From Acidobacteriota bacterium (GTDB taxonomy: Bacteria > Acidobacteriota > Terriglobia > 2-12-FULL-54-10): DNA of 64,000 nt. A model generated the notes under the pieces. The model saw only the letters and a program-made list of their open reading frames with translations, was not told the DNA's origin and did no database searches. The position numbers and the translations under genes are program-made. The stretch lies in assembly GCA_016191085.1 (NCBI GenBank), contig JACPPJ010000030.1, positions 66,789-130,788 on the forward strand, given 5' to 3'. Below, one piece after another: positions 9,945 to 20,230 of this stretch. The number at the start of each line of letters is the position of its first letter. Position 1 is the first letter of the stretch.

Positions 9945-10727
9945 TCACGCCTGCGGAGTGGCCGGCGCGATGCGATCCGCGATCTTGGTAAAGATATCGA
10001 CAGGCAGCGGGAAGACGATAGTCGTGTTCTTCTCCACCCCTATTTCAGTCAAGGTCTGCAGATAACGCAATTGAATTGAAACTGGCTGCGTCGCCAACAC
10101 GGAGGCAGCTTCGGCCAGCTTCAGCGACGCCACCAGTTCACCCTCAGCATGAATGATCTTGGCGCGCTTCTCGCGTTCCGCCTCGGCCTGCTTGGAGATG
10201 GCACGCACCATCTGCTCCGGAATCTCCACCTGTTTTACTTCTACCTTGGAGACTTTGACGCCCCAGGGAGCCGTATGCAGATCGAGGATGGTCTGAAGAC
10301 GCTCGTTCAACTTTTCCCGTTGACTGAGCAGTTCATCCAACTCTACTTCGCCGATCACGCTACGCAGCGTAGTCTGCGCCAGTTGGCCGGTAGCGTAGAG
10401 ATAGTTCTCCACATTGTTAATGGCGAAGTTGGCGTCGATAACCTTGAAGTACACCACCGCGTTCACCTTCACGGTGACGTTATCGCGCGTGATAGTCTCC
10501 TGCGGCGGCACCTCCATTGTGACGATGCGCAACGACACGCGAACCATGCGGTCAATGGGCGCAAATACGAGCCGCACGCCTGCGCCTTTCGCCTGCGGCA
10601 GCAGACGCCCGAGCCGGAATATCACGCCCTGCTCATATTCGTTCAGAATCTTGATGGACGAGAGCAGATAAATACCAACGATGATCATGATGATCGTGCC
10701 CATGCCGAACGATATCCCGAAGTCCAT
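9945..10727 (-). CDS. SPFH/band-7 (stomatin-like) protein
   Basis: N-terminal TM followed by a canonical SPFH core (VIFRLGR...[15 protein letters not shown]...). Confidence 0.9.
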   Translation of the reverse strand: MDFGISFGMGTIIMIIVGIYLLSSIKILNEYEQGVIFRLGRLLPQAKGAGVRLVFAPIDRMVRVSLRIVTMEVPPQETITRDNVTVKVNAVVYFKVIDANFAINNVENYLYATGQLAQTTLRSVIGEVELDELLSQREKLNERLQTILDLHTAPWGVKVSKVEVKQVEIPEQMVRAISKQAEAEREKRAKIIHAEGELVASLKLAEAASVLATQPVSIQLRYLQTLTEIGVEKNTTIVFPLPVDIFTKIADRIAPATPQA

Positions 10728-10731
10728 CCGC

Positions 10732-12162
10732 TTATGCTCCTTTGGCGCGCTCGTGTTCCCGATCGTCGCGAATTTTTCCGGTTTCGCCGGGCGCTCCTGC
10801 CGGCGCCGCCGCGCTCTGATTGATGGAGGTTGGTTCGACGGTCAGCGTGAGACCGTCACGCCCTTTCACGCGCACGCGCGCGCCCGGCGGCGCAGGCTCA
10901 GAGCTGACTGCGTCCCACAATTCTCCTTGCACGTATACCTTGAGCTTCCCTTCCGTGTCGGCGGGCTTGTAAACGCTTCCGATCTCTCCGATCAAACCCG
11001 AGCCGCCGGACGCGATCTTCAGTGCTCTCGACCGGATCACGAGACGAAGCAGGAAGATGCTGATAGCCCCGAATGGCAGCGCCACAGCCAGAGCCGTGCT
11101 TAACCTGATGCTGCCGCCCGGCAGACGGGTGTTGATCAGCATCAGTGCGCCGAGAACCATGGACAGCATCCCGCCGGCAGCCAGAATGCCCTGCGTAGCA
11201 AACTTGGCTTCCAACACGAAAAACATCACCGCCAGGAACAGGAGCGCAGCTCCTGCCCAGTTGATGGGGAGCAGCGAGAGGGCGAACAAAGACAGCACCA
11301 GGGCGATGCCGCCCGCGACTCCTGGCAGAATCAGGCCGGGATTCGTGAACTCCATATACAGCCCCAGCACCCCAATTATGAGCAATATGAACGCGATGTT
11401 CGGGTCAAGAATACGCGACAGGAACATCTGGCGGTAGCTGAGGGGATACAGTTCGACCACGGCGCCTTGCAAATGCAGCACCTGCTTGCGGCCGTCGAGC
11501 CGGGTTATCTCCCGGCCATCCAGCTTCTGCAACAAATCGGCTTGGTTGGTCGCGACCACGTCAATGAGACCGCTTTGAAGCGCCTCGCCTTCGGTAAACG
11601 ATTTGCTCTCCGTCACGCCTTTTTCGGCGAGTGCCGGATTGCGGTTACGCTTGCTGGAGATGCTTCGCAGATAGGCGGCGGCGTCATTGGTAACTTTGTC
11701 TTTCATCACCTGATCGGGCTCAGAGCCCATAAATACGGGGTGAGCAGCGCCGGTGTTGGTGCCGGGCGCCATGGCTGCGATGTCGGCTGAGAGCAAAATG
11801 AAAAATCCCGCCGACGCAGCCCGGCTGCCGCTGGGAGCGACATAAACCGCCACCGGGACGGGGCTGGCGATGATCTTCTCGATCATCTGACGCATCGAGC
11901 TGTCGAGTCCTCCGGGCGTGCTGAGCTGCATGACGATCAGCGAGGATTGCTTGTGAATAGCCTGGTCAATTCCTGCCCTGACGTATTCCGCCGATATGGG
12001 GTGAATCATGCTGTCAACGTGTATCTCGGTGACGTGCGGCAGCTGCGCGGCGGACGGAGCGGGCGAGCATATCGCAACGAGTAGCGCAGCGAGCAAGCAG
12101 TAACCCGCCGCGCTCAACCTCCATTGCAATGTGCGAAAGGTCCCCACGGTGTTGCTCCTCAT
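10732..12162 (-). CDS. NfeD-family membrane-bound ClpP-class serine protease
   Basis: Periplasmic ClpP-like domain (SAGFFIL), a multi-TM middle section and a C-terminal NfeD OB domain. It lies 4 nt upstream of the SPFH gene, the classic pairing. Confidence 0.85.
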   Translation of the reverse strand: MRSNTVGTFRTLQWRLSAAGYCLLAALLVAICSPAPSAAQLPHVTEIHVDSMIHPISAEYVRAGIDQAIHKQSSLIVMQLSTPGGLDSSMRQMIEKIIASPVPVAVYVAPSGSRAASAGFFILLSADIAAMAPGTNTGAAHPVFMGSEPDQVMKDKVTNDAAAYLRSISSKRNRNPALAEKGVTESKSFTEGEALQSGLIDVVATNQADLLQKLDGREITRLDGRKQVLHLQGAVVELYPLSYRQMFLSRILDPNIAFILLIIGVLGLYMEFTNPGLILPGVAGGIALVLSLFALSLLPINWAGAALLFLAVMFFVLEAKFATQGILAAGGMLSMVLGALMLINTRLPGGSIRLSTALAVALPFGAISIFLLRLVIRSRALKIASGGSGLIGEIGSVYKPADTEGKLKVYVQGELWDAVSSEPAPPGARVRVKGRDGLTLTVEPTSINQSAAAPAGAPGETGKIRDDREHERAKGA

Positions 12163-12186
12163 GCGAGGATTAGTGCGTGCCGAATA

Positions 12187-13836
12187 TCATCGCGAGCCGT
12201 GCGAGCCGTATTTCGAGTTGAGTTCCTGCATCATCATGGCGGCCTCGGCGCTGGAAGGCTCCAGGTGCAGCGCAGTACTTATCTGAGACTGCGCCTCTTC
12301 CCATTTGCCCTGTTCCAGGTATATCTTCGCGAGCATCAGATGTCCGGTGGCCGTCTGTGTTCGTTGCAGCAACTGATTCAATGTTTTCATCGCATCCGCG
12401 AACCGTCTAGCTTTGGTGTGGATGCTCGCCAGTTGAAGATAGCCCTGAACGTTATCGGGATCGTAATCGATCGCCTGTCGCAGCTCTTCGGCGGCTTCGC
12501 GGTCAAATCCTTCGTCCAGCAGTGTCTGGGCCTGCTGGAAATGTAGCGCCACGTGTTCTGCCGGAGGCAGTTTTGAGTGCTTGAGCTCCCGCTGGACTTC
12601 GATCAGCATGCGCAATTGGCGGAGACTGGCACCATCATACTTGACCTTAGGGCGTTCGAGGTACTGGAACCGGCGAGGGTCTTTCACACGTACCCAGTCC
12701 GGCGCCTGCTGCTGCAGTATTCTTTCCTGCCGCGCGGCTTCGTCATTCTGTCCAGTCTTCTCCAGGCATGCTATGTAAATGGCCCGCCAGGAGGGGTGAC
12801 TGTTGCTGCTCTGGACAGCTCGACGCAGATGTGGAATGGCAGGACCGCAATTGTCACGCTTCCACAGAGCATAACCGAGATTAAAGCGATAGTCGGGGTC
12901 GGACGCGTCGCTTTGGATCGCCTGTTCAAAATACCCCGTTGCACCGGGCTTGTTCTGGCGCAGCAGTGCGATCCCGAGGTTGTTGTATACCTCGTTTAAC
13001 GGCAATTGTTGCGCTACCACTCGAAATGCGGCCGCGGCGCGCTCGTACTGTTCGTGATATAAATTAGCCAGACCGAGGAAATAGTTGGCCTCCAGATACT
13101 CGTCGTCGCCGCGGCGCAGTTTCGAGAGCCACAGCATGCTGGTAGGGTAGTCGTGGTCGCGAAAGTAGATCATGCCCAGCTCAAAAGCGGGCTTGGTGAA
13201 CTGGGAATCCAACCGCAACGCATTTCGGAAGTAGCGAATCTGGTCCGCGCGGTTTTTCGCGATTAGCCCTCGCACAAAATTCTCGAACGCGTCGAGGCGG
13301 GCAATTCGATGGTCGGCGATGAAGTCCGCCTTGGCAATAGGCAATGAGGGCCGCAGGAACAGGAGAATTTGCCAGGCGATTCCGGCTTGCAACTGAACCA
13401 GTTCGGCAAGCGGTCCGGACTCGATGAATTCTTTGCTCAGGGTCGGGCCGTCCATGTCCATGACACGTGCGCGGACTGTGAATACGTCGTCGGAGTATTC
13501 ATATTTGCCCAGAATGAGTTTGTTGGCGTCAACCGCTTGCGCCACTTTGTAGATCGTCGCATCGCTGAGAATGCTGGTGTTCGGGATACCTAGACTGTCA
13601 AACGCGGCGGCGCGCTCCCTGCGGTCCAACATCATGAAACGCGGGGATGCGAGGTTCGAGGACAGAAGCACCGCAAAGCTCTCGCTGATCCAGTCAAGTT
13701 GCGGATTACGGCTTTGGTTCTCAAAAGGAAGTACGATGCCGACGTCGACCTGGGCGAACAGGCTTGCGCCCGAGAGGCAAAACGCTACAATAACCGCCCG
13801 TGTAATGTTCATCATCAGACGCATCAATACAACCAA
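12187..13836 (-). CDS. Secreted TPR-repeat protein
   Basis: Signal peptide followed by multiple TPR-like repeats (AxxYFLGLANL, YNNLGIAL, RFNLGYAL, ...). Confidence 0.7.
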   Translation of the reverse strand: MVVLMRLMMNITRAVIVAFCLSGASLFAQVDVGIVLPFENQSRNPQLDWISESFAVLLSSNLASPRFMMLDRRERAAAFDSLGIPNTSILSDATIYKVAQAVDANKLILGKYEYSDDVFTVRARVMDMDGPTLSKEFIESGPLAELVQLQAGIAWQILLFLRPSLPIAKADFIADHRIARLDAFENFVRGLIAKNRADQIRYFRNALRLDSQFTKPAFELGMIYFRDHDYPTSMLWLSKLRRGDDEYLEANYFLGLANLYHEQYERAAAAFRVVAQQLPLNEVYNNLGIALLRQNKPGATGYFEQAIQSDASDPDYRFNLGYALWKRDNCGPAIPHLRRAVQSSNSHPSWRAIYIACLEKTGQNDEAARQERILQQQAPDWVRVKDPRRFQYLERPKVKYDGASLRQLRMLIEVQRELKHSKLPPAEHVALHFQQAQTLLDEGFDREAAEELRQAIDYDPDNVQGYLQLASIHTKARRFADAMKTLNQLLQRTQTATGHLMLAKIYLEQGKWEEAQSQISTALHLEPSSAEAAMMMQELNSKYGSHGSR

Positions 13837-13857
13837 ATTATAGCAAAATACGCGCGA

Positions 13858-14886
13858 TTACTGCTTTCCGGCGTATCCGGCTCTGCTTTCGTACATTTGC
13901 GAGTAGTAGTCTTTGAAAGGTCGGTTCTTGGCGGACTCCACCCATGCGCGGTTCGCTTGATACCACGTCACAGTCATCTGCAGGCCCTCTTCCAGCCGGA
14001 TCTGCGGTTCCCACTGTAACTCGCGCCGCGCTTTGCTGCAGTCCAAAGCATACCGAAAATCGTGCGCTAGCCTGTCCTCGACGAACCGGATGAGGCTGGA
14101 GGGGCGGTCCAGCAAGCGTAGAATTGTTTTCACGATGGTGATGTTATTATGCCGTTCGCCGCTGCCGATATTGTAGACCTCGCCTGGAACGCCACGCGCC
14201 AGGACCGCCTCGATCGCGCGGCAATTGTCCTCGACGTGCAGCCACTCACGCACCTGCTCGCCCTTGCCGTATACCGGCAGGGGCAGGCCCTCGAGCGCGT
14301 TGGTGGTCATCAGCGGAATCAGTTTCTCAGGGTGCTGATACGGTCCGTAATTATTGCATGCGCGTGTGACGATCACCGGCAAGCCGTGAGTACGGAAATA
14401 CGATCTGGCCAGCATATCCGCGCCCGCTTTGCTAGCAGCATACGGGCTGTTCGGATCGAGCGGCGTCTGTTCGGTGAACTCGCCCGTCGGCCCGAGCGCG
14501 CCGTAGACCTCGTCTGTGCTGATGTGCACGAAACGCGCGACCCGCTTGCGCCGCGCCACTTCGAGCAAACGCTGCGTGCCCATCACGTTTGTGCGGATGA
14601 ACTCAGCGGACGAATCAATGCTGCGGTCCACGTGCGATTCAGCCGCAAAGTGAATCACTGCGTCCACCCCTTCCATCAGGTCTTCCAGCGTGGGGTCGCA
14701 CGACTCGTCACAGATGTCCCGGCAGACCAACTCGTGCCCGTGCGTGAGATCGTCAAGGTTCTTGAGATTCCCGGCATAGGTCAGCTTATCAACATTGCAA
14801 ATGCAATCGGTGCGGTGAGTTCGCAACCAGTACCGTATGAAATTGGAGCCGATAAAACCGGCCCCGCCCGTTACCAAAAGTTTCAT
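13858..14886 (-). CDS. rfbB: dTDP-glucose 4,6-dehydratase
   Basis: MKLLVTGGAGFIGSNF Rossmann motif. YAASKAGAD (YxxxK) catalytic motif. 342 aa. Confidence 0.9.
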   Translation of the reverse strand: MKLLVTGGAGFIGSNFIRYWLRTHRTDCICNVDKLTYAGNLKNLDDLTHGHELVCRDICDESCDPTLEDLMEGVDAVIHFAAESHVDRSIDSSAEFIRTNVMGTQRLLEVARRKRVARFVHISTDEVYGALGPTGEFTEQTPLDPNSPYAASKAGADMLARSYFRTHGLPVIVTRACNNYGPYQHPEKLIPLMTTNALEGLPLPVYGKGEQVREWLHVEDNCRAIEAVLARGVPGEVYNIGSGERHNNITIVKTILRLLDRPSSLIRFVEDRLAHDFRYALDCSKARRELQWEPQIRLEEGLQMTVTWYQANRAWVESAKNRPFKDYYSQMYESRAGYAGKQ

Positions 14887-15034
14887 TCGCGCGCCTTGTC
14901 AGGTGCTGTGCTGTACGACGTTTACGATAACACGCCTTACATTGTGATTAAACGTGGAGGGGGAAAATGGCGGCGGTCGCAAAGCTTCTCATGGCGAGTC
15001 CGGACCTTCGTTCGAGGCTCACTGAGATGTATTC

Positions 15035-15730
15035 TTACTCGTTCTCCAGGTCGCGATCAATCTGCGCCCGGTATTTCTCAATCACTGCAGGAGACATTTC
15101 TTTCGGCGGGGCTTCTCCCGTCGCGGGTTCCTCGATGTCCTCCGCTTCAGCGGGGCTGAACCTGAACTTCATTCTCCACAGGATATACGAAACCAGAATG
15201 CCGCCGAGTACCAGAACCACGAACGGCATCACCCATGCCGATAGCGAAAAGCCTTTGCGAGGTGGTTCTGGAAGGATGCGCGGCCCGTACTGTTCTACAA
15301 AACCGGCCACAATGGCATCTTCGCTCTTGCCTGCGGCGAGTTGCGTCTGAATGGTTCTACGAATGAATGTTGCGGAAGAACAATCCAGGTGGTTGCACGA
15401 CAGCACCATATAGCCGCAGCCGCACTGGCATAGCAAGCGATTTGAGACGCGCCGGAACCCCGCGTCATCTGATCCGGCAACGGCAGCGGGTGGCTTCGTA
15501 CCAGCGGGAGCGTTGTCCGGAGCGCCTGAGCCGCCCTGCGCCATCAACAAGGCACACGACAGCACTCCTAGCGCCAGGGAGTGGGACACGCGCTTAAGTG
15601 CTGCTTCTTGCCAATGCTTCATCTTTATCTTTGATTCTCGTTGGAGTTTGCGGACGCGCCTCTCGCCGTTGATCAGGCGGACCTTGGCTTGACTTGGTGC
15701 CGGCGCCAATACGTGACGGGAAGAGTGCAA
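15035..15730 (-). CDS. ccmH: Cytochrome c-type biogenesis protein CcmH-like (atypical Cys motif)
   Basis: VSNRLLCQCGCGYMVLSCNHLDCSSA...GKSEDAIVAGFVEQYG followed by a TM helix matches the CcmH/CycL layout. The likely start is the ATG at 15622 (MKHWQEA), which overlaps the ccmF stop. Confidence 0.7.
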   Translation of the reverse strand: MHSSRHVLAPAPSQAKVRLINGERRVRKLQRESKIKMKHWQEAALKRVSHSLALGVLSCALLMAQGGSGAPDNAPAGTKPPAAVAGSDDAGFRRVSNRLLCQCGCGYMVLSCNHLDCSSATFIRRTIQTQLAAGKSEDAIVAGFVEQYGPRILPEPPRKGFSLSAWVMPFVVLVLGGILVSYILWRMKFRFSPAEAEDIEEPATGEAPPKEMSPAVIEKYRAQIDRDLENE

Positions 15731-17666
15731 CGATGGTTCCGAAGACCAGAACTGCGGAGCCGACCCAAATCCAGTTTACCAAAGGGTTCAGATGCGCGCT
15801 GATGACCGCGTGTTGCTTGTCCTCCGATAAACCCTCATAAACAACGTAGACGTCCTCCGCCAGCCTCGCGCGTATGGCGACTTCCGTTGTGGGCTGGCGG
15901 CTGGCCTTGTAGAGCCTGCGCTCGGGCTCCAGAACGCCCAGTTGCTTATCGCCGCGCGCCAAGACTATTTGGGCCTTCTGCGCGCTGTAGTTGGGGTTGT
16001 CAGTCTCCTTCAAATCGCGCATTTCGAGAGTGTACCGTCCCAGCGGCATTTTGTCGCCAATGGCCATCTCCTGTTCGTTTTGGGTGTTAAAGGCGCTGCC
16101 TGTGAATCCCACAAACATGAGCACAATTCCCAGATGAACGATGTAGCCGCCATATCGCCGCGTATTGCGTTGTGTCAGCGTGAGCGCCGCCCCGACCAGC
16201 GATTGCCCGGACTTCTGAGCGATTACCCTGGCACCGCGGTAGAACTCGATGAAGATCGTAAATGCGACGAATGCGCAGAGGATCAAGGACACCTGCGGAT
16301 AGAATGACCGCACACCGTATGCAAACAGCACAACGCCGAATGCCAACGACACGACGCCGGGCAGGAGGAAGTTTTTCTTCAAGCTGCTGATCGAAGTCTT
16401 GCGCCATGCAAAGAGCGGTCCCAATCCGGTCAGCAGCAGCAGCAGCAATCCGATGGGGATGTTCACTTTGTTAAAGAACGGTGCGCCAACGCTGATCTTT
16501 ACGCCCTGCACCGCCTCAGAGATCACCGGGAACAGCGTGCCCCACAGAACCGCGAAGCAGGCGGCGAGGAGCAGCAGATTGTTAAACAGGAAACTCGACT
16601 CACGAGAGACGAGCGAGTCCAGCGGCTGAGTGCTCTTCAGGTAATCGAGCCGTTCCAGCAGCAGCCAGCCCGAGAACAGAATCCCGATACCGAGGAACGA
16701 AACGAAGTAGGCGCCAATCTCGGACTGCGCAAAAGCATGGACCGAAGAGACCACGCCGCTCCTGGTGAGAAACGTCCCGAAGATGCACAAGAAGAAGGTG
16801 GAGAACACCAGGACCATGTTCCAGACCTTCATCATGCCGCGCTTCTCCTGCATCATGACGGAATGCAGGAACGCGGTGCCGGTGAGCCAAGGCATCAATG
16901 AGGCGTTCTCCACCGGGTCCCATCCCCAGTAACCGCCCCAGCCGAGCACAGCGTAAGCCCAACGTGCTCCCAATAGGATACCAATCGCTAGGAACAGCCA
17001 AGTGACCATCGTCCAACGGCGGGTGGTAGCAATCCATTTGTCGCCGGCCTGCTTTGTAATAAGCGTGGCCAGCGCGAACGCGAATGGAACCGTGAACCCC
17101 ACATAACCCAAATAGAGCATTGGCGGGTGTATCGCCATGGCCGGGTACTGCAGCAGCGGATTCAGCCCGTTACCATCTAGGGGGCCTTGCACCACCATTT
17201 GGCCGCCGTGGTTCATGGCCAGCAACTTGAATGGGCTCACTACGAAAGTGTTCAGTAGCAGGAAGAAACCAAGGACGGTCATGAGCGTCGCCGAGACATA
17301 TGGCATCATCTGGCGATGTGTTTGATGGTTGAGCTTTACCGCGATCATGCTGTAGGTGGCGAGCAGAAAGCTCCAGAAAAGCAGCGACCCTTCCTGTCCC
17401 GACCACACCGCTGAAATCTTGTAGTACCAAGGCAGCGCACGATTGCTGTGACCTGCGGCGTACGCCAGGCGGTAGTCGTCAGTCATCAGGGCGTAGACCA
17501 GACATCCCATCGCAGTAGCGACGCACACCCAGATAGCGCCTGTGGCGCGATATGAGCTGTATAGCAGGCGATCGTTTCGCCGTGCCAATCCGATCAGCGA
17601 GGCTGCAATCGAGTAGATGGTCAGCACAAACGCCAGTATTAATGCAAAGCTGCCTAGATTTTCCAT
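15594..17666 (-). CDS. ccmF: Cytochrome c heme lyase subunit CcmF
   Basis: WWD motif WGGYWGWDPVENASLMPWL. Polytopic membrane protein of 690 aa. Confidence 0.9.
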   Translation of the reverse strand: MENLGSFALILAFVLTIYSIAASLIGLARRNDRLLYSSYRATGAIWVCVATAMGCLVYALMTDDYRLAYAAGHSNRALPWYYKISAVWSGQEGSLLFWSFLLATYSMIAVKLNHQTHRQMMPYVSATLMTVLGFFLLLNTFVVSPFKLLAMNHGGQMVVQGPLDGNGLNPLLQYPAMAIHPPMLYLGYVGFTVPFAFALATLITKQAGDKWIATTRRWTMVTWLFLAIGILLGARWAYAVLGWGGYWGWDPVENASLMPWLTGTAFLHSVMMQEKRGMMKVWNMVLVFSTFFLCIFGTFLTRSGVVSSVHAFAQSEIGAYFVSFLGIGILFSGWLLLERLDYLKSTQPLDSLVSRESSFLFNNLLLLAACFAVLWGTLFPVISEAVQGVKISVGAPFFNKVNIPIGLLLLLLTGLGPLFAWRKTSISSLKKNFLLPGVVSLAFGVVLFAYGVRSFYPQVSLILCAFVAFTIFIEFYRGARVIAQKSGQSLVGAALTLTQRNTRRYGGYIVHLGIVLMFVGFTGSAFNTQNEQEMAIGDKMPLGRYTLEMRDLKETDNPNYSAQKAQIVLARGDKQLGVLEPERRLYKASRQPTTEVAIRARLAEDVYVVYEGLSEDKQHAVISAHLNPLVNWIWVGSAVLVFGTIVALFPSRIGAGTKSSQGPPDQRREARPQTPTRIKDKDEALARSST

Positions 17667-17715
17667 TGGTCTTCCGATTCGGCCATCTTTTCGTCAGTAT
17701 TGGACCGGCTGTCGT

Positions 17716-18237
17716 TCACCTTGGCGGGATCCAATTGGCCGCGGGCTTCGGAGCGGCGCCTTCGGTGGGCATCGCAGCAGGCTCATACTTGGATGCGCAT
17801 TTGGCTTGCACCGTCTCAGCGTGAAAAGTACCGTCCTTCAGGTAGCGGCCGTCGGCCATGGCCTCAGCGCCGTCCTGCAATGTGTCGGGCAACGTATCCT
17901 TGCCTGTGTATACCACCGGCAGAACTTTGCCGTCCTGCTCAATGCTGAACTCGACCTTACCCGCCGCTTTGCGAATAGAGCCGGCCGACACGTTTCCGCC
18001 GACGCGATAGCGCCGCTGGTGCGCATCCGATTTGGCCTGCAACTCACCCACGGTCACGTAATACGTCTTGCTCTCCTGAATGCCGCTGTAGGCGAGCCAA
18101 GAAATCATGATCAAAATGATCCCTAGCCCGATTCCAAATTGAAGTTTCTTTCGTCCCCGCTGCATGCTTGCTGCCTTTCTGCGCAGAGGATTGAGGTGTG
18201 ATGCGCTCGTCAAAAAGCCCTCTCGTCTAGTGTACAA
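17716..18237 (-). CDS. ccmE: Heme chaperone CcmE, CxxxY variant
   Basis: TM anchor plus OB-fold pattern (YYVTVGEL...YRVGGNV...FHAETVQAKCASKYEP). The likely start is the ATG at 18165 (MQRGRKK). Cys (codon 17797-17799) sits where the heme-binding His is expected. Confidence 0.85.
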   Translation of the reverse strand: MYTRREGFLTSASHLNPLRRKAASMQRGRKKLQFGIGLGIILIMISWLAYSGIQESKTYYVTVGELQAKSDAHQRRYRVGGNVSAGSIRKAAGKVEFSIEQDGKVLPVVYTGKDTLPDTLQDGAEAMADGRYLKDGTFHAETVQAKCASKYEPAAMPTEGAAPKPAANWIPPR

Positions 18238-18442
18238 CTAGTGTAGCCTCTTTGGTGTGTCATTTCACCCAAAATATGGTTCAAGGGGCAAATCTTTGCA
18301 ATCCTGTCGCCACTCGGGCTCGACAAGTCTCGACGACCAGACCTGCACTCTGTCGTGCCCGCCGTCGGAACCACAGCCCGGATTTGGCTATCAGATCAAA
18401 ACCAGGATCTTAAGTTGTTGATGTCAGGCTTGTTCCCAGCAG

Positions 18443-19918
18443 TCACTCCGGTGGCTTCAGTTCCCCCAGCATGGTCGGGATTAGCTCCGATACTGTGGGA
18501 TGAATGTGCATGGCGCGCCGGATGACGGTATACGGCGCTTTGGCGTACATCATATCCAGAATGGTGTGGATCACTTCATCGCCTTCAACGCCGAGCACCG
18601 CTGCGCCGAGGATTAATTCTGTTTCGGCATCGACCAGAATCTTCATGAAGCCCTGAGTTTCGCCTTTTTCCATGGCTCGCGAGACGCGCGTCATAGGCAT
18701 TTTCCCAATGAGTATCTGGCGGCCCAGCTGGCGCGCCCCTGTCTCGGTCAAGCCCGCACGCCCCAGCGGCGGATCAATATACAGTGCGTAGGCAGTGATG
18801 CGATCGCTCAAGCGGCGCGGGTGACTGTCAAAGAGATTAGCGGCCACGATCTCGAAATCGTTGTATGAGGTGTGCGTAAATGCGCCCTTGCCGTTACAAT
18901 CGCCCAGAGCCCAGACTCCCGGCACATTGGTGCGCAGCTCGTCATCCACCTGGATGTAACCTTTCTTGTCGGTCTTGACGCCCGCCAGTTCCAGCCCCAG
19001 GTCGTCTGTATTGGGACGGCGGCCCACTGCCAGCAGAAAATGCGAGCCGTTGATCTGTCGGGTCACAGTCCCGCATTGCACGGTCAGCCCGATTCCGGCT
19101 TGGGTCTTACTCACCGCGGTCAATTCGGTGTTCAGCAGAAAGCTGATTCCTTCCTCTTCCAGAATCTCCCATATGGCTTGTGAAATGTCTTCGTCGTCAC
19201 GGGCAAGCAGGCGCGACTCCTTTTCAATCACCGTGACTTTACTGCCGAAACGGCGGTACATCTGCGCAAATTCGAGTCCGACGTAGTTGCCGCCGAGGAT
19301 GATCAGGTGCTCGGGAAGGAAATCCACTTGCATCATGCTGGAGTTGGTGTAATAGCTGATCCGATCGAGACCTGGAACGTTCGGTATAACGGCGCGCGCC
19401 CCTACGTTGACGAAGATGCGATCGGCCGTCAGTTGTTCCTGGCCCACGCGGACAAGGTGAGGACCTTCGAACACGGCATGTCCCTGGTACACGCGGCAGT
19501 TTTCAGCTTTCTCCAAGCGGTTCCTCACGCCCTGTTGGGAGCGGACGACCATGGCGTCCTTGCGGGCTTTCACTAGCTTCATATCTACAGTGATGTCGCC
19601 CTCGATGTTCACGCCGTAATCCGCGCTGCGCCTGGCGAAGTGAGCGACCCGCGCGCTTGCGACCATGGCCTTGGTAGGGATGCATCCGGTGTTGACGCAG
19701 GTTCCGCCGAAGAACTTGCGCTCAATGACGGCGGTTTTCATTCCTTCCGCCGCCAAACGCACCGCCAGCGAGGGGCCTGCTTGCCCGGTGCCGATCACGA
19801 TCGCATCGTATTTTAGAGGATTGCCGAGTCGAATGGGTTTGGGGGTTGCCAGGACTCCGGCGTCTTCCGCTGAACTCGCCATGGGAAGTATTTTGAGGGA
19901 TTTGGGGGATTTTCGCAA
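18443..19918 (-). CDS. Class I FAD-dependent pyridine nucleotide-disulfide oxidoreductase (MerA/Lpd-like)
   Basis: GTGQAG FAD motif. Redox-active GGTCVNTGCIPTK. C-terminal dimerisation domain with HIHPTVSE. The likely start is 19885. Confidence 0.8.
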   Translation of the reverse strand: MRKSPKSLKILPMASSAEDAGVLATPKPIRLGNPLKYDAIVIGTGQAGPSLAVRLAAEGMKTAVIERKFFGGTCVNTGCIPTKAMVASARVAHFARRSADYGVNIEGDITVDMKLVKARKDAMVVRSQQGVRNRLEKAENCRVYQGHAVFEGPHLVRVGQEQLTADRIFVNVGARAVIPNVPGLDRISYYTNSSMMQVDFLPEHLIILGGNYVGLEFAQMYRRFGSKVTVIEKESRLLARDDEDISQAIWEILEEEGISFLLNTELTAVSKTQAGIGLTVQCGTVTRQINGSHFLLAVGRRPNTDDLGLELAGVKTDKKGYIQVDDELRTNVPGVWALGDCNGKGAFTHTSYNDFEIVAANLFDSHPRRLSDRITAYALYIDPPLGRAGLTETGARQLGRQILIGKMPMTRVSRAMEKGETQGFMKILVDAETELILGAAVLGVEGDEVIHTILDMMYAKAPYTVIRRAMHIHPTVSELIPTMLGELKPPE

Positions 19919-19986
19919 CGATAGCGGGTCTAGTTACCTGAAGTGTGGTCGTTGACCTGAAATGTCGGGCCGTCCTAAACCGGAGA

Positions 19987-19995
19987 TGGTATAAT
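19987..19995 (+). promoter_or_regulatory. Candidate extended -10 promoter (TGGTATAAT) for tatA
   Basis: TGGTATAAT lies 26 nt upstream of the tatA ATG, with a GGAGGG RBS at 20010-20015. This is a motif match only. Confidence 0.3.
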
Positions 19996-20020
19996 AAATT
20001 CCGAGTTCTGGAGGGTTTGC

Positions 20021-20230
20021 ATGTTTGAGGGTATTTTTCAGCCGACGCACCTGCTGGTGATACTGGTTGTGGCTCTGCTGGTCTTCGGTCCCAAGAAGCT
20101 CCCTGAGTTCGGCAAGGGTCTGGGGGAGGCTATTAGCGGTTTTAAGAAGGCGATTCACGAAGGCCAGCGCAGCGCCAAGACGCCGGCCGATACCGCAACA
20201 AAAAAGCTGACGCAAAAGACCGGCAGCTAA
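20021..20230 (+). CDS. tatA: Twin-arginine translocase subunit TatA/E
   Basis: [34 protein letters not shown] is the canonical TatA sequence. Confidence 0.9.
   Translation: MFEGIFQPTHLLVILVVALLVFGPKKLPEFGKGLGEAISGFKKAIHEGQRSAKTPADTATKKLTQKTGS

Noticed and set aside
9945-12162. The NfeD protease plus SPFH/stomatin pair considered as a possible novel system.
   Set aside because: This is the well-known NfeD-stomatin operon partnership. Nothing is unusual in domain order or spacing.
18255-18300. GGTTCAAGG motif resembling a tRNA T-loop in the ccmE upstream gap.
   Set aside because: The flanking bases do not form a T-stem, and no acceptor or anticodon arms can be drawn.
18443-19918. The flavoprotein disulfide reductase upstream of ccmE as the missing thiol-reduction arm (a CcmG/DsbD substitute) of the ccm cluster.
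   Set aside because: The protein has no signal peptide or TM segment, so it is cytoplasmic. A 205-bp gap separates it from ccmE. Adjacency alone is insufficient, so the linkage is not claimed.
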